Shown: positions 36,370 through 46,542, counted from the first letter of the stretch. The stretch is 64,000 nucleotides of DNA from Corallococcus sp. AS-1-6 (GCF_020037015.1 NZ_JAIQDE010000007.1:51886-115885); one strand, 5' to 3'. Translations and numbers: made by a program. The notes: generated by a model not told the origin, from the letters alone.

Positions 36370-37965
36370 CTACGCGTGCGCCGCCTCGCGCCGGGAGGGC
36401 GCCTCGCCGCGCAGCTCCGCGACCTCCGCGCGCAAGAGCCAGTCGGAGGGGAAGTCCGTGCTCGCCCGGGCGATCTGCTCCAGCCGCTCGGGGGCCAGTT
36501 GCCCCGTCTCGCGGATGCGGCGCACCTCCGTGTAGAGGGCGGCCAGCGACGGGGGCAGGGCCTGCGCCTTGCGCTCGCGCGCCTGGGCCTCGCCGTCGCC
36601 CGCGGTGAAGGCGTCCAGCTCCCCGAACCACTCGTCCCACGTGCCCGGGTCGGCGGGGCCGCCCGCCACGGACGGCAGCCGCTCCGTCAGGTACAGGCGC
36701 GCCATGGACGGCAGCGTCAGCTCGCGGCCGGCCAGCGTGCCACGCAGGGCAATCACCTCGCCGCCGCCCACCGCGAAGCCCTCCAGCACCAGCCCGCTGT
36801 CGAGCGCGAGCTGGAAGTTCCCGCGCTCCGGCATCGCGCCCTGGCCAAAGGCGACCAGCGCCGCGCCGCTGAACGGCTTGTCCACGGCGTGGCCGTTCAC
36901 GGACGTGAGGATGGGGCCCTCCAGCCGGGCCAGCGCGGTGGACAGGCCGGGGGCCACGTCCTTCGCGGCGGGCAGCAGCTCCACCACCTTGCCCGTCACC
37001 TCGCGGCCATCCGCGAGCACCAGGTGGTTGACCGTGCGCGCGCGCAGGGCCTCGTTCAGGCCGTGGTCCCCGCCGCGCTTCCACGCGAGCGTGGACTCGA
37101 ACTCGGCCAGGACCTCGAAGAGGTGCTCGAAGTCGCGCGCCACGAAGAGCTGCGGCTGCATGCGGGTGATGTCGTAGTCCGTGTCCGCGCACGCCACGCC
37201 CAGGGGCAGCTTGTGCACGGCGGACGTCAGGCAGTGCCGGGCCTCGCCGATGCTGGACAGCAGGCCCGCGCCGTAGATGCGCGGGTGCTTCAGGTCGCCA
37301 ATCAGCCCGTACTCCGCGGTCCACCAGTACAGGCGGCTCGCGCGGGTGCTCTCGCTGATGTAGCGGTGGCTGGCGTTGGCGGCCTCCAGGCGGGCCTGGG
37401 CGTGGGCGATCTCCTCTTCCGTCGCCGTGGGGTCCTCCTTCACCACGGAGAGGTTGCGGATGGCCTCGAAGACGGCCTGGTCCTCCACGCTGGCGATGGC
37501 CTTGAAGCCCACCAGCCCCACGGCCTTGAGGTACTGCGCATAGCGCGCGTTCGCGATGATGGGCGCGTGGCCCGCGCTCTCATGGACGATGTCCGGCGCG
37601 GGCGTGTACTGGATGTGCTCGTGCGTGCGGATGTCCGCCGCGATGGCGAGCACGCCCAGCGCCTGGAGCTCCGTGAAGACGGCCGGCGGGATGAAGCCGC
37701 GCACCGCCACGCAGGCCCAGCCCAGCTTGGACAGCTTCTCGTTCATCTCGTCCAGGCTGGGGATGGCCTCCGCGCCAATGCCCGTGGCCTCCAGGCCCTC
37801 CAGGTAGACGGGGTGCGCCTTGTCGCTCAGGTGCTCCCGCAACTGCCCCAGGATGTGCCGCCACACCGCCTGATCCCTGGGCGTGTACGCCGCGTAGTCC
37901 TGGCTCACCACGTAGCGGCGCAGGTGGGCGGGAAGGCGGGCAATGGTCCTCTCCGTGGGCGTCAT
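36370..37965 (-). CDS. phhA: aromatic amino acid hydroxylase (phenylalanine 4-monooxygenase-like) with ~250-aa C-terminal extension
   Basis: 'QDYAAYTPRDQAVWRHIL' and 'PAPDIVHESAGHAPII' match the PAH catalytic domain (the His residues are iron ligands). The ORF extends to 38022, but the ATG at 37963-65 (MTPTERT...) fits the domain start. Confidence 0.8.
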   Translation of the reverse strand: MTPTERTIARLPAHLRRYVVSQDYAAYTPRDQAVWRHILGQLREHLSDKAHPVYLEGLEATGIGAEAIPSLDEMNEKLSKLGWACVAVRGFIPPAVFTELQALGVLAIAADIRTHEHIQYTPAPDIVHESAGHAPIIANARYAQYLKAVGLVGFKAIASVEDQAVFEAIRNLSVVKEDPTATEEEIAHAQARLEAANASHRYISESTRASRLYWWTAEYGLIGDLKHPRIYGAGLLSSIGEARHCLTSAVHKLPLGVACADTDYDITRMQPQLFVARDFEHLFEVLAEFESTLAWKRGGDHGLNEALRARTVNHLVLADGREVTGKVVELLPAAKDVAPGLSTALARLEGPILTSVNGHAVDKPFSGAALVAFGQGAMPERGNFQLALDSGLVLEGFAVGGGEVIALRGTLAGRELTLPSMARLYLTERLPSVAGGPADPGTWDEWFGELDAFTAGDGEAQARERKAQALPPSLAALYTEVRRIRETGQLAPERLEQIARASTDFPSDWLLRAEVAELRGEAPSRREAAHA

Positions 37966-38058
37966 CGCGAGCGGCTCCTTCAAGAGAAACAGGACCCCTG
38001 AAGAATACGCACCGGACTGCAAGACGGAAATCCGGCAGAATTCGACGTCTTCGTCGGA

Positions 38059-38979
38059 TTATCGCCGTTTGTTCAGGCGGCGACGCAGCCCGTCAAGGAT
38101 GGATTGGACGGCGGGGCTGAGGCCGCCGGAGGGCCAGACGGCCACGACCTCCACGACCTGGGGCTCCTGTTCGCGCAGGGGCCAGACGTGGAGGTCCGAG
38201 GGGAACGGCTGGGTGGGGCGCACGTCCGGGGCGATGGTGCACGCCTTGTAGGCGCGCAGCAGCTCGTAGAGGTGGAGGAAGCTCTCCACGCGGCCCACCT
38301 CCGTGACGGAGACGCCGTGCGCGGCGAAGCGCGCGCTGTTGGCGCCGCCGTAGGGGTCGTCCCGCAGCCAGTCCACGAAGCGCTGGTCCTGGAGGTCCTT
38401 CACGTCCAGGGAGCGGCGCGAGGCGTGCGTCCGGGCGAGCGCGGAGTCCGGGCCCGCGATGACGACGAAGGACATGCGCAGCAGGGACTCGGTGTCCACG
38501 CCCTCGTGCGGAGGGAGCGGGGTGAAGTCGAGCGCCAGGTCCTGCTGCCGCGTCTGCACCTGCCGCATGAGCTCGTGCGAGCCGCCGAAGCCCACCACCA
38601 GCTTGAGGTCGGCGGCGGCGGCGTCCTGCGCGATGCCGCCCAGCAGCGACATGGACAGCGTGGGGTTGAGGCCCAGGCGCAGGGTGGGCTCCACGCGGGC
38701 CAGGTCCATCAGCCGCTTCACGTCCAGTTGGTGCAGCGGCGTCTGGGTGCCCGCGTAGAGGCGCTCTCCTCGCGCGGACAGTTGCAGGCGCCGGCCGGGC
38801 CCCCGCTCCAGCAGGGCGGCGCCATCCGCGAGCGCTTCTTCCAGGGCGCGGATGTGCTCGCTCACGACGGAGCGGGCGACGCCCAGGTGCTCCGCGGCGG
38901 CTTCGATGCTGCCGGCCTCCACGGCGGCGGTGAAGGACTCGAGCCAGACCAGGTGTCGCTGGAGCTTGCGCGGGGGCAT
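38059..38979 (-). CDS. LysR-family transcriptional regulator
   Basis: N-terminal HTH 'LQRHLVWLESFTAAVEAGSIEAAAEHLGVARSVVSEHIRALEEAL' followed by a LysR substrate-binding-like domain. Confidence 0.85.
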   Translation of the reverse strand: MPPRKLQRHLVWLESFTAAVEAGSIEAAAEHLGVARSVVSEHIRALEEALADGAALLERGPGRRLQLSARGERLYAGTQTPLHQLDVKRLMDLARVEPTLRLGLNPTLSMSLLGGIAQDAAAADLKLVVGFGGSHELMRQVQTRQQDLALDFTPLPPHEGVDTESLLRMSFVVIAGPDSALARTHASRRSLDVKDLQDQRFVDWLRDDPYGGANSARFAAHGVSVTEVGRVESFLHLYELLRAYKACTIAPDVRPTQPFPSDLHVWPLREQEPQVVEVVAVWPSGGLSPAVQSILDGLRRRLNKRR

Positions 38980-38994
38980 GGGGCCAAAGGCGCG

Positions 38995-39825
38995 CTAGAG
39001 GAAGAAGTCGGGCAGCAGCTCCGCGCCGGGGACGGACTGGTACGCGTCGAAGTTGGTGACGCCGGCGGCGCGCAGGACTTCCTCGTCGATGCAGAAGTTC
39101 CCGGTGAAGGAGCGGCTGGGCTTGGTGAGGATGGCGTACGCGGCGTCCGCCATGATCTCCGGCTTGCGGCTGCCCTTGATGGTGTCGTCGCCGCCCAGCA
39201 GGTTCTGTACGGCGGCGGTGGCGATGACGGTGCGGGGCCACAGCGTGTTGACGGCGATGCCGTCGTCCTTGAGCTCCTCCGCCATGCCCAGGGCGCACAG
39301 GCTCATGCCGTACTTCGCGATGGTGTAGGCCACGTGGGGGCCGAACCAGCGGGGCTCCATGTTGAGCGGCGGCGAGTTGTTGAGGATGTGCGGGTTGGAG
39401 GACTTCTTGAGGTACGGGATGCACGCCTGCGAGCACGCGAAGGTGCCGCGCGTGTTGATGCCGTGCATCAGGTCGAAGCGCTTGAGCGGCGTGTCCAGGG
39501 TGCCGGTGAGGCTGATGGCGCTGGCGTTGTTCACCAGGATGTCGATGCCGCCGAAGGTCTCCACGGCCTTGGCGACAGCGGCGTGGATCTGCGCCTCGTC
39601 GCGGATGTCCACCACGCAGGGGAGCGCCTTGCCGCCGGCCTCTTCAATCTCCTTCGCCGCCGAGTAGATGGTGCCGGGCAGCTTGGGGTGCGGGTCCGTC
39701 GTCTTCGCGGCGATGACGATGTTGGCGCCGTCGCGGGCCGCGCGCAGCGCGATGGCCTTGCCGATGCCGCGGCTGGCGCCGGTGATGAAGAGGGTCTTGC
39801 CTTGGAGGTTGGACATGGGCCGCAT
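38995..39825 (-). CDS. short-chain dehydrogenase/reductase (SDR)
   Basis: 'LFITGASRGIGKAIALR' (TGxxxGIG) and the catalytic 'YTIAKYGM' (YxxxK). Confidence 0.9.
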   Translation of the reverse strand: MRPMSNLQGKTLFITGASRGIGKAIALRAARDGANIVIAAKTTDPHPKLPGTIYSAAKEIEEAGGKALPCVVDIRDEAQIHAAVAKAVETFGGIDILVNNASAISLTGTLDTPLKRFDLMHGINTRGTFACSQACIPYLKKSSNPHILNNSPPLNMEPRWFGPHVAYTIAKYGMSLCALGMAEELKDDGIAVNTLWPRTVIATAAVQNLLGGDDTIKGSRKPEIMADAAYAILTKPSRSFTGNFCIDEEVLRAAGVTNFDAYQSVPGAELLPDFFL

Positions 39826-39912
39826 CCTCGCTCAATCGCGCGGCGCCGCAATGCCCTGAGCGGCCGGACCGGGGTGGATCCGGCCGCTGTTCAACGGAGT
39901 CTCAGGGGGACT

Positions 39913-42258
39913 TCAGGGGCTCGCGGGCGTGTAGACGAGCACGGCGCTGACGCTCGCAGGGGTGTCCCGGTCCCAACCGCCGATGAAGAGCACCTTGCCG
40001 TCGGGCAGCACGGTGGTGGCCATCAGGTAGCGGTTGGACGCCATGCTGGTGGAGAACGAGGACGTGCCGGTCGCCAGGTCGAAGAGCTCCGTCGTCAGGC
40101 CCACCGTGGAGTTGCCCCCCGCGAGCAACAGCCGCCCGGAGTTCAACTGGACCAGCGAGGCGTTGGCGCGCTCGTAGGTGAAGTGGCCCAGCGTGGCCTG
40201 CACGTTCAGCACCGGGTCGTATGTCGCGACCAGCGTCCCGTCCACCAGCACGAGCTTGCCGGATGGCTGGAGGAAGGCGTCCGTGAAGGTCCGCGTCGTC
40301 AGGCCGGTGGCGACGCTCCAGGTGTTGTTGGACGGATCGTAGAACTCCGACGGCAGGTTGCCGCCCACGGTGAGCACCTTGCCCGTCGGCAGCAGCACCG
40401 CGCGGTGGTTGGACCGGGCGTAGGTCGGGCTCGCCACGGGCAGCCAGGTGTTCGTGGAGGGGTCATAGAGTTCGGTGGCGCGGTTGCTGACGGTGTCCCC
40501 CGTGGTGACGCCGCCGATGACCAGGACCTTGCCGTTGGGCAGCAGCGTCGAGGTGTGTGCGCCGCGCGCGAAGGCCATCTGCGGGCCGGCCGTCCAGGTG
40601 TTGGTCGCGGGGTCGTAGAACTCCACGGCGCGCAGCGGCGTGGTGGCCGGGTACGCCGCGAAGCCGCCCGTGACCATGACCTTGCCAGACGGCAGCAGGA
40701 TCACCGCGGGGTTGTAGCGCGCGGTCCCCAGCGTTCCAGCGGAAGACCAGGTCCCCGCCGCCGGATCGTAGAACTCCGCCGTGCCCAGGACGGGGTTGGA
40801 GGTCACCGACCCGCCGAAGGCGAGGATCTTCCCGGAGGCCAGGGGGATGACGCTCGCGCCGAAGCGGCGCTGCGTCAGGCTGGCCGTGAGGTCCCACCGG
40901 GCGACCGTCGTGGGCGGCGTGCACGACGGGGCGTTCTGCACCGCGACGGTGAAGGCCTGGGACGCGGAGAAGCCCTGGGCGTTGGTGACGGTGGCGGTGA
41001 TGGTCGCGTTCCCGCCGGTGGGCGCGCAGGTGGGGGCCTTCCAGGAGACCTCGCTGGAGGTGAAGCCGGACGTGGGCGTCGCGAGCGTGCCCGTGCTCGA
41101 GGCCCAGTTGAAGGTGAGGGCGCCGCCGTTGCCGTCCTCGGCGAGGACGCGGAACGTCACGGCGCTGTCGCCCATCACGGACGCGCTGCTCTGGTGCGCG
41201 AGGACGATGCGCGGCGGGACGTTGGCGCTCGCGCCTTCACCCACGCAGATGCGCAGGGTGCCCTGCGTCTGGCCGCCCTTCGGGTCCTTCACGGTGACGG
41301 TGAGCGCGCAGTTGCCGCACGCGTCGCCCGCGGGAATGGCGGTCGGGGTGAAGGAGGCGATGTTGGAGGTGTCATCCGTCCAGGTGCCCGCGCAGGACGC
41401 GGCCCACTGGTAGGTCAGCGCGTCGCCGTCCGGATCCGTCACGTCCGCGGTGACGGTGGTGCTCTGGCCCACGGGCACGGGGGACCGGGACGCGGTGACG
41501 CGGGTGACCGCGGGGGAGATGTTGAACGTGACGGACACCTCGGCGGTGCCGGCCGTGGTGCCGCCGTCCTTGGAGACGACGGTGATGTCGATGCGGATGG
41601 TCGCCGTGGCGCCGCGCGAGTCGGTGACCGTCAGCGTCAGCGCGTACACGCCCGGCGTCGCGGGCGCGGTCCAGGTCGTCGACGTGAGCGTGGGCGAACC
41701 GAAGGTGCCATCCGCCGCCGTCCAGGCGTACGTGAGGGAGTCGGACGCATCCGGATCATGCGCGGTGGCCTGGAGGGAGATGGTGCCCCCGGGGAGGACG
41801 GTGCTCGCCGAGGCCACGAGCGAGTCGATGCACGGGGCCGAGTTGTCGAACGGGCCCGGGACATCCAGCGCCTGGAGGGTGATGGCCACGATGGAGGTCG
41901 TGCCCGCGGTGATGGTGACGTCCGAGGCCACGCCCCGGTAGCGCAGGGCGCCGTCCGCGGCGAAGGCCTCCGCGGTGAAGGTGCGCTGGGGACCGGCGGG
42001 CACCTGGTACATGGTGCCGCTCCACCCATCCGTCCCCCGGGTGAGCACGGTGGTGGCGGAAGGCACGCCGGAGGCCGTCAGGGTGACGGTCACGCGGGTG
42101 ATCTCATCGCCCGCGAGCGCCTGGGGCACCGCGCTGACGAACCGGACGTTGCCGGTCTCCCGCTCCGGTTCGCCCCCCGTGTCGCAGGCCGTGACAGACA
42201 TGACTGCGCTGATCAATGCGCAAAGCAGAACGCGAGACAGGGTGGCTTGTCGACGCAT
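39913..42258 (-). CDS. lipoprotein with Ig-like/PKD-like repeats and C-terminal Kelch-type beta-propeller
   Basis: Lipobox 'ALISAVMSVTAC' after the ATG whose reverse complement is at 42256-58 (GGAAGGTG SD upstream). Repeated 'LPSGKVMVTGG / LPNGKVLVIGG / YDP.TNTW' Kelch motifs. The ORF as listed extends to 42351. Confidence 0.6.
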   Translation of the reverse strand: MRRQATLSRVLLCALISAVMSVTACDTGGEPERETGNVRFVSAVPQALAGDEITRVTVTLTASGVPSATTVLTRGTDGWSGTMYQVPAGPQRTFTAEAFAADGALRYRGVASDVTITAGTTSIVAITLQALDVPGPFDNSAPCIDSLVASASTVLPGGTISLQATAHDPDASDSLTYAWTAADGTFGSPTLTSTTWTAPATPGVYALTLTVTDSRGATATIRIDITVVSKDGGTTAGTAEVSVTFNISPAVTRVTASRSPVPVGQSTTVTADVTDPDGDALTYQWAASCAGTWTDDTSNIASFTPTAIPAGDACGNCALTVTVKDPKGGQTQGTLRICVGEGASANVPPRIVLAHQSSASVMGDSAVTFRVLAEDGNGGALTFNWASSTGTLATPTSGFTSSEVSWKAPTCAPTGGNATITATVTNAQGFSASQAFTVAVQNAPSCTPPTTVARWDLTASLTQRRFGASVIPLASGKILAFGGSVTSNPVLGTAEFYDPAAGTWSSAGTLGTARYNPAVILLPSGKVMVTGGFAAYPATTPLRAVEFYDPATNTWTAGPQMAFARGAHTSTLLPNGKVLVIGGVTTGDTVSNRATELYDPSTNTWLPVASPTYARSNHRAVLLPTGKVLTVGGNLPSEFYDPSNNTWSVATGLTTRTFTDAFLQPSGKLVLVDGTLVATYDPVLNVQATLGHFTYERANASLVQLNSGRLLLAGGNSTVGLTTELFDLATGTSSFSTSMASNRYLMATTVLPDGKVLFIGGWDRDTPASVSAVLVYTPASP

Positions 42259-42417
42259 CGCACCTTCCTGGAGGAATGAGTGGAAGGTGCGATCTATCAG
42301 GTCGGGAGGATGAAGACAGACATGTTGTGAGGGGTTGCGGTGTCTATCCAAACCCGAACGGGTCTGTGAGTACCCTGCGGAGAGGAGCCGCGTGGGCTCC
42401 CCTCGTCCCTGCGGGGG

Positions 42418-43308
42418 CTACTGGGTGATGCAGGTGACGGTTTCGATCATCGTCACGTTGGAGTTGCCGGTGGTGTTCCAGCTACCGACGCCGTTCGTGC
42501 CCACGATGTACGTGTACGCGGTGCCGCGGATGGCGGTGGTGAAGCTGCTCACGTCGACGTGGCCCTGGTCCAGGCAGAAGCGGCGGGCGGTCGCCGCCGG
42601 GGTGCTGAAGTTGCCGGTGGGGTAGTTGGGCTGGATGGTGCCGATCTGGTAGCCGTTCACCTTCGGCGTCGCGTAGGTGAGGACCGGCGCGTTGAAGCAG
42701 GTGATGGTCTCCAGCATGGTCACGTTGGAGTTGCCGGTGGTGTTCCAGGCGCCGACGCCGTTCGTTCCGACGATGTACGTGTACGCGGAGCCCCGGATGG
42801 CGGTGGTGAAGGTGCGAGCGCCGGTGTGGCCCTGGTCCAGGCAGAAGCGGCGGGCGGTGTCGGCGGGCGTGCTGTAATTGCCGGTCGGGTAGTTGGGCTG
42901 GATGGTGCCGACCTGGTAGCCGTTGACGGTGGGCGTCGTGTACGTGACGTCAGAGCTGGAATTGAAGCAGATGATGCTTTCAATCATCGTCACGTTGGAG
43001 TTGCCGGTCGTGTTCCAGGGGCCCACGCCGTTCGTGCCGACGATGTACGTATACGCGGAGCCCCGGATGGCGGTGGTGAAGCTTTGCGCGCCGCTGTGGC
43101 CCTGGTCCTGACAGAAGCGGCGGGCCGTGTCGGCGGCGCTGCTGAAGTTCCCGGTGGGCTGGTTGGGCAGGTAGGTGCCAATCTGATAGCCATTGACCGT
43201 GGGCGTCACATAGGTCTGGTAGGTGTCGGCATTGGCTGACGACGCGAAGCCCACGACGAGAAGCAGGGACACGAAGAGGGTGGGGAGACCACTGCTGCGA
43301 CGAAACAT
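42418..43308 (-). CDS. secreted protein composed of three tandem 89-aa repeats (unknown function)
   Basis: Signal peptide MFRRSSGLPTLFVSLLLVVGFASSANA. Three near-identical repeats '...TPTVNGYQ.GT.QPNYPTGN.STPADTARRFCLDQGH.G...FTTAIRGSAYTYIVGTNGVG.WNTTGNSNVTM.E.I.CF'. The 792-aa ORF upstream of 43308 is antisense to the aminopeptidase gene and judged spurious. Confidence 0.6.
   Translation of the reverse strand: MFRRSSGLPTLFVSLLLVVGFASSANADTYQTYVTPTVNGYQIGTYLPNQPTGNFSSAADTARRFCQDQGHSGAQSFTTAIRGSAYTYIVGTNGVGPWNTTGNSNVTMIESIICFNSSSDVTYTTPTVNGYQVGTIQPNYPTGNYSTPADTARRFCLDQGHTGARTFTTAIRGSAYTYIVGTNGVGAWNTTGNSNVTMLETITCFNAPVLTYATPKVNGYQIGTIQPNYPTGNFSTPAATARRFCLDQGHVDVSSFTTAIRGTAYTYIVGTNGVGSWNTTGNSNVTMIETVTCITQ
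42421..43230. repeat. 3 x 267-bp tandem DNA repeat (encodes the 89-aa protein repeats)
   Basis: 'atcatcgtcacgttggagttgccggt(g/c)gtgttccag' recurs at ~42443, ~42710 and ~42977. Confidence 0.7.
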
Positions 43309-43455
43309 GTTTTTCCTCGGCTTGTGGCTGATGCGGGGGAAGCAGGACCGTAGCGGCTCCCGGGGTTGAGCGCACTGGAGACATTTCGGGACTGTGATGG
43401 GCGTTTCGTCGCGAAGACCGCCAGTGGACGTTGTTTGGTCTACGCTGCGGCCCTC

Positions 43456-46128
43456 ATGCGACTGCTTCCACTCCTTGTGTTGGTGGTGTTGACCGTCCGC
43501 TGTGCCCACGCGCCGACTGCCTCCGCTCCGCCCACCGTCTCCTGGCCGGAGGCCCTGCCTCCCGCGCTGCGGTTGCCGGACACAGTGCGGCCCGTGCACT
43601 ACGCGCTGGACCTGAAGCTCGTGCCCTCGGAGGACGTCTACCCGGGCAGCGTCACCATCGACGTGGAGGTCCGTGAGCCTGTTCGCCAGGTGTGGCTGCA
43701 TGCTCAGGACGTGGAGGTGACGCGGGCTCACGTCACCGTGGGGAGCCGCACTTTCGACGCGAAGCCTGTCACCGCGCCTGAGGGACGTCTGGGATTGCTC
43801 CTGCCGGAGGAGTTGCCCGTTGGGAAGGCCCAGCTCGTGCTCGACTTCACCGGCAAGGTGGACCGCGAGCGCAGCCAGGGCATCTATGGCGTGGAGGAGG
43901 GCGGTGAGCCGTACCTCTACACGTTCTTCGAGCCCATCGACGCGCGTCGCGCCTTCCCTTGCTTCGACGAGCCGACGTTCAAGGTTCCGTGGCGCCTGCG
44001 CTTCACCGTGAAGGCCGGACACGTGGCGCTGGCCAATCATCCCGTCGTGTCCCGTGAGCCCCTGGCGGACGGCCTGGAGCGCGTCACCTTCGCGGAGAGC
44101 AAGCCGATGCCCAGCTACCTCGTGGCCTTCATGGTGGGGCCCTTCGACGTGGTGGAGGCCGGCACCGTGGGACGCACGAACGTGCCGCTGCGCTTCGTCG
44201 TCCCCAAGGGCCGGGGCTCGGAGACGCGCTACGCCGCGAGCATCACGCCTCGCATCGTGAAGGGTCTGGAGGACTTCTTCGACCAGCCGTATCCCTACGA
44301 GAAGCTCGATGTCGCGGTCGTGCCCCGGTACTGGGGCACCATGGAGCACCCCGGCCTCGTCGCGCTCGGGCAGCCGCTCACGCTCATTCCCCCCGGAGAG
44401 GAGACGCTGGCCCGCCGCAAGTCGTACGCCGTCATCGCCAACCATGAGCTGGGTCACTACTGGTTCGGTGACGTCGTCACCTGCTCCTGGTGGAACGACA
44501 TCTGGCTGAATGAGTCCTTCACCGCGTGGCTGGACCGCCAGACGGTGGACCGGCTGGAGCCGTCCTGGGACTACCAGCAGGAGCGCGCCATGTCCGCGAC
44601 CCGCTCCGCCCTGGCGTCGGATGAGCTGGCGTCGGCGCTGCCCGTGCGCAAGCCGGTGGAGAGCAATGACGACATCGTGGGCTCGTTCGACAACGGGACG
44701 ACCTATGACAAGGGCTCGTCCGTCATCGCCATGTACGAGGCCTGGCTGGGACCGGAGCGCTTCCGCGACATCCTCCGGGGCTATGTCCGCAAGCACGCCT
44801 GGAAGGTCGCGACGATGGAGGACTTCCTCGCGGACCTCTCCCAGGCGGCGGGGCCGGAGGTGACGCAGTCCTTCGGCGGGTTCATCGAGCGGAGCGGGGC
44901 GCCTCGGATCACCGCGCGGCTGTCGTGCCCGGCGGGCGGCGCTCCGTCCGTGACGCTGTCGCAGGAGCGCTACCTTCCCCTGGGCTCCAAGGCGGACTCG
45001 AAGCAGGAATGGCAGGTGCCCGTGTGTCTTCGCGTGGGCACGGGCGCGCAGTCGTCGCGGGTGTGCTCGATGGTGCAGGGACCTTCGACGGAGGTCGCGC
45101 TGCCCACGAAGCAGTGCCCGGCGTGGGTGCTCCTCAACGCGGGCGGCGCGGGTTACTACCGCAGCGGGTACACCCGCGAGCAGTTGGCGAAGCTGCTCGC
45201 GACTCCGGCCGCCGCCTTCACTCCCGCGGAGCAGGTGGCGCTCTGGGCGGATGTGGACGCGGCGGTGGTCCGGGGCGACCTGCCGCTGGGCGAGGCGCTG
45301 AAGGCGGTGCCTGCCTCCGCGAAATCGACGAACCGGCTCGTGGTGCAGAGCGGCGCCACGCTGCTGGAACTCGTGCGCCTGGAGCAGCTCACGCCCGAGG
45401 AGCGCCAGCGCTTCCGCGCGTGGGTGGCGTCGCTCTACTCGGCGCGCGCCCAGGCCATGGGCTGGGTGCCGAAGCCGGGCGAGGACGACTCCGTGAAGGA
45501 CTCACGCTCCCTGTTCCTCCGGCTGGCCGGCGGTCTGGGGGATGATCCGCGACTGGTGAAGGAGGCGCTGCCCCTGGTGCGCGCCTGGCTGGCGGACCGG
45601 AAGTCGGTGGATCCGGAGGCGTTCGGTGCCGCGCTGCCCCGCGCGGCGACGCACGGCGACGCGGCGCTGTTCGACGCGCTGCTGGAGGCGGCGAAGAAGG
45701 AGCAGGACCGCACCGAGCGTTCCCGGCTGCTGACGTCCCTGGCGTACTTCCGGAACTCGGAGCTGCTGTGGCGGGCGCTGGGGCTCGTGGTGTCGCCGGA
45801 CTTCGACGTGCGGGACTCGCAGGTCATCCTCCGGATGGCGTTGATGTCGCCGGAGTCGCAGTCGCTGGCGTGGGACTTCTATCAGGCGCACTTCGATGCG
45901 CTGACCCAGCGGCTGCGTTCGGATGAGCTGGGCCGGCTGATTGGCCAGACGGGGAGCCTCTGCGATGACATCCACCTGACGCAGGTGGAGACGTTCTTCG
46001 CGTCCCGCGTGGACAGGATTGAAGGGGGGCCGCGCGCGCTCGCCCGGGCCCTGGAGTCCATCCGCCTGTGCATCGAGTCCCAGAAGCTCCAGTCCCCGAG
46101 CGTCAAGGCGTTCCTCCGCGCCCGGTGA
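43456..46128 (+). CDS. pepN: aminopeptidase N (M1 family zinc metallopeptidase), secreted
   Basis: 'WGTMEHPGL' (GAMEN-like), 'HELGHYWFGD' (HExxH) and the downstream 'WLNESFTAW' glutamate. Signal peptide MRLLPLLVLVVLTV from the ATG at 43456. Confidence 0.9.
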   Translation: MRLLPLLVLVVLTVRCAHAPTASAPPTVSWPEALPPALRLPDTVRPVHYALDLKLVPSEDVYPGSVTIDVEVREPVRQVWLHAQDVEVTRAHVTVGSRTFDAKPVTAPEGRLGLLLPEELPVGKAQLVLDFTGKVDRERSQGIYGVEEGGEPYLYTFFEPIDARRAFPCFDEPTFKVPWRLRFTVKAGHVALANHPVVSREPLADGLERVTFAESKPMPSYLVAFMVGPFDVVEAGTVGRTNVPLRFVVPKGRGSETRYAASITPRIVKGLEDFFDQPYPYEKLDVAVVPRYWGTMEHPGLVALGQPLTLIPPGEETLARRKSYAVIANHELGHYWFGDVVTCSWWNDIWLNESFTAWLDRQTVDRLEPSWDYQQERAMSATRSALASDELASALPVRKPVESNDDIVGSFDNGTTYDKGSSVIAMYEAWLGPERFRDILRGYVRKHAWKVATMEDFLADLSQAAGPEVTQSFGGFIERSGAPRITARLSCPAGGAPSVTLSQERYLPLGSKADSKQEWQVPVCLRVGTGAQSSRVCSMVQGPSTEVALPTKQCPAWVLLNAGGAGYYRSGYTREQLAKLLATPAAAFTPAEQVALWADVDAAVVRGDLPLGEALKAVPASAKSTNRLVVQSGATLLELVRLEQLTPEERQRFRAWVASLYSARAQAMGWVPKPGEDDSVKDSRSLFLRLAGGLGDDPRLVKEALPLVRAWLADRKSVDPEAFGAALPRAATHGDAALFDALLEAAKKEQDRTERSRLLTSLAYFRNSELLWRALGLVVSPDFDVRDSQVILRMALMSPESQSLAWDFYQAHFDALTQRLRSDELGRLIGQTGSLCDDIHLTQVETFFASRVDRIEGGPRALARALESIRLCIESQKLQSPSVKAFLRAR

Positions 46129-46146
46129 GCCCGCGGGCCTGAAGCC

Positions 46147-46542
46147 TCACGGACCGTAGGGACACAACTGCATCGTCTCCGCGATGGGCGGGCGGCAGAG
46201 TTGCAGGAGCTGTGTCTCGTCCAGGAACGACGAGGCCCGCGCCTTGAGGAAGCAGGACGCGGGATCGTCCTCGGGCTGTGCGTACTGGCAGAGCTGGAGC
46301 GCCTGGGGGTCGGAGAGGAAGGCTTTCTCCTGGACCCGGTGGAAGCACCGCGCCGGGGTGTCGGAACGGGCACCCTGGCAGAGCTGCGCCGCGACGGTCT
46401 CCGTCACCGAGCCGCCCTGGCGCGCCGCTTCGAAGCAGGAGTATTGCGGCGCACCTTCGAGCGGTTCCAGTTGCGCCGCCGCTGGAAGCCCGAGCAGCGC
46501 GGCAGCCAGCCCCCAGACACCTCTCCAATGGCCTCGCTTCAT
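46147..46542 (-). CDS. small secreted cysteine-repeat protein
   Basis: Signal peptide MKRGHWRGVWGLAAALLGLPAAAQ. Four ~28-aa units of the form 'SCF...(13)...QLCQ'. Confidence 0.45.
   Translation of the reverse strand: MKRGHWRGVWGLAAALLGLPAAAQLEPLEGAPQYSCFEAARQGGSVTETVAAQLCQGARSDTPARCFHRVQEKAFLSDPQALQLCQYAQPEDDPASCFLKARASSFLDETQLLQLCRPPIAETMQLCPYGP

Noticed and set aside
38104-42279. 1391-aa ORF on the plus strand
   Set aside because: Runs antisense through the LysR, SDR and Kelch-lipoprotein genes. Composition is dominated by G/R/A/D. Spurious.
42418-44796. 792-aa ORF (-)
   Set aside because: Only the C-terminal 296 aa (repeat protein 42418..43308) have a signal peptide and a coherent sequence. 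The rest is antisense to aminopeptidase N.
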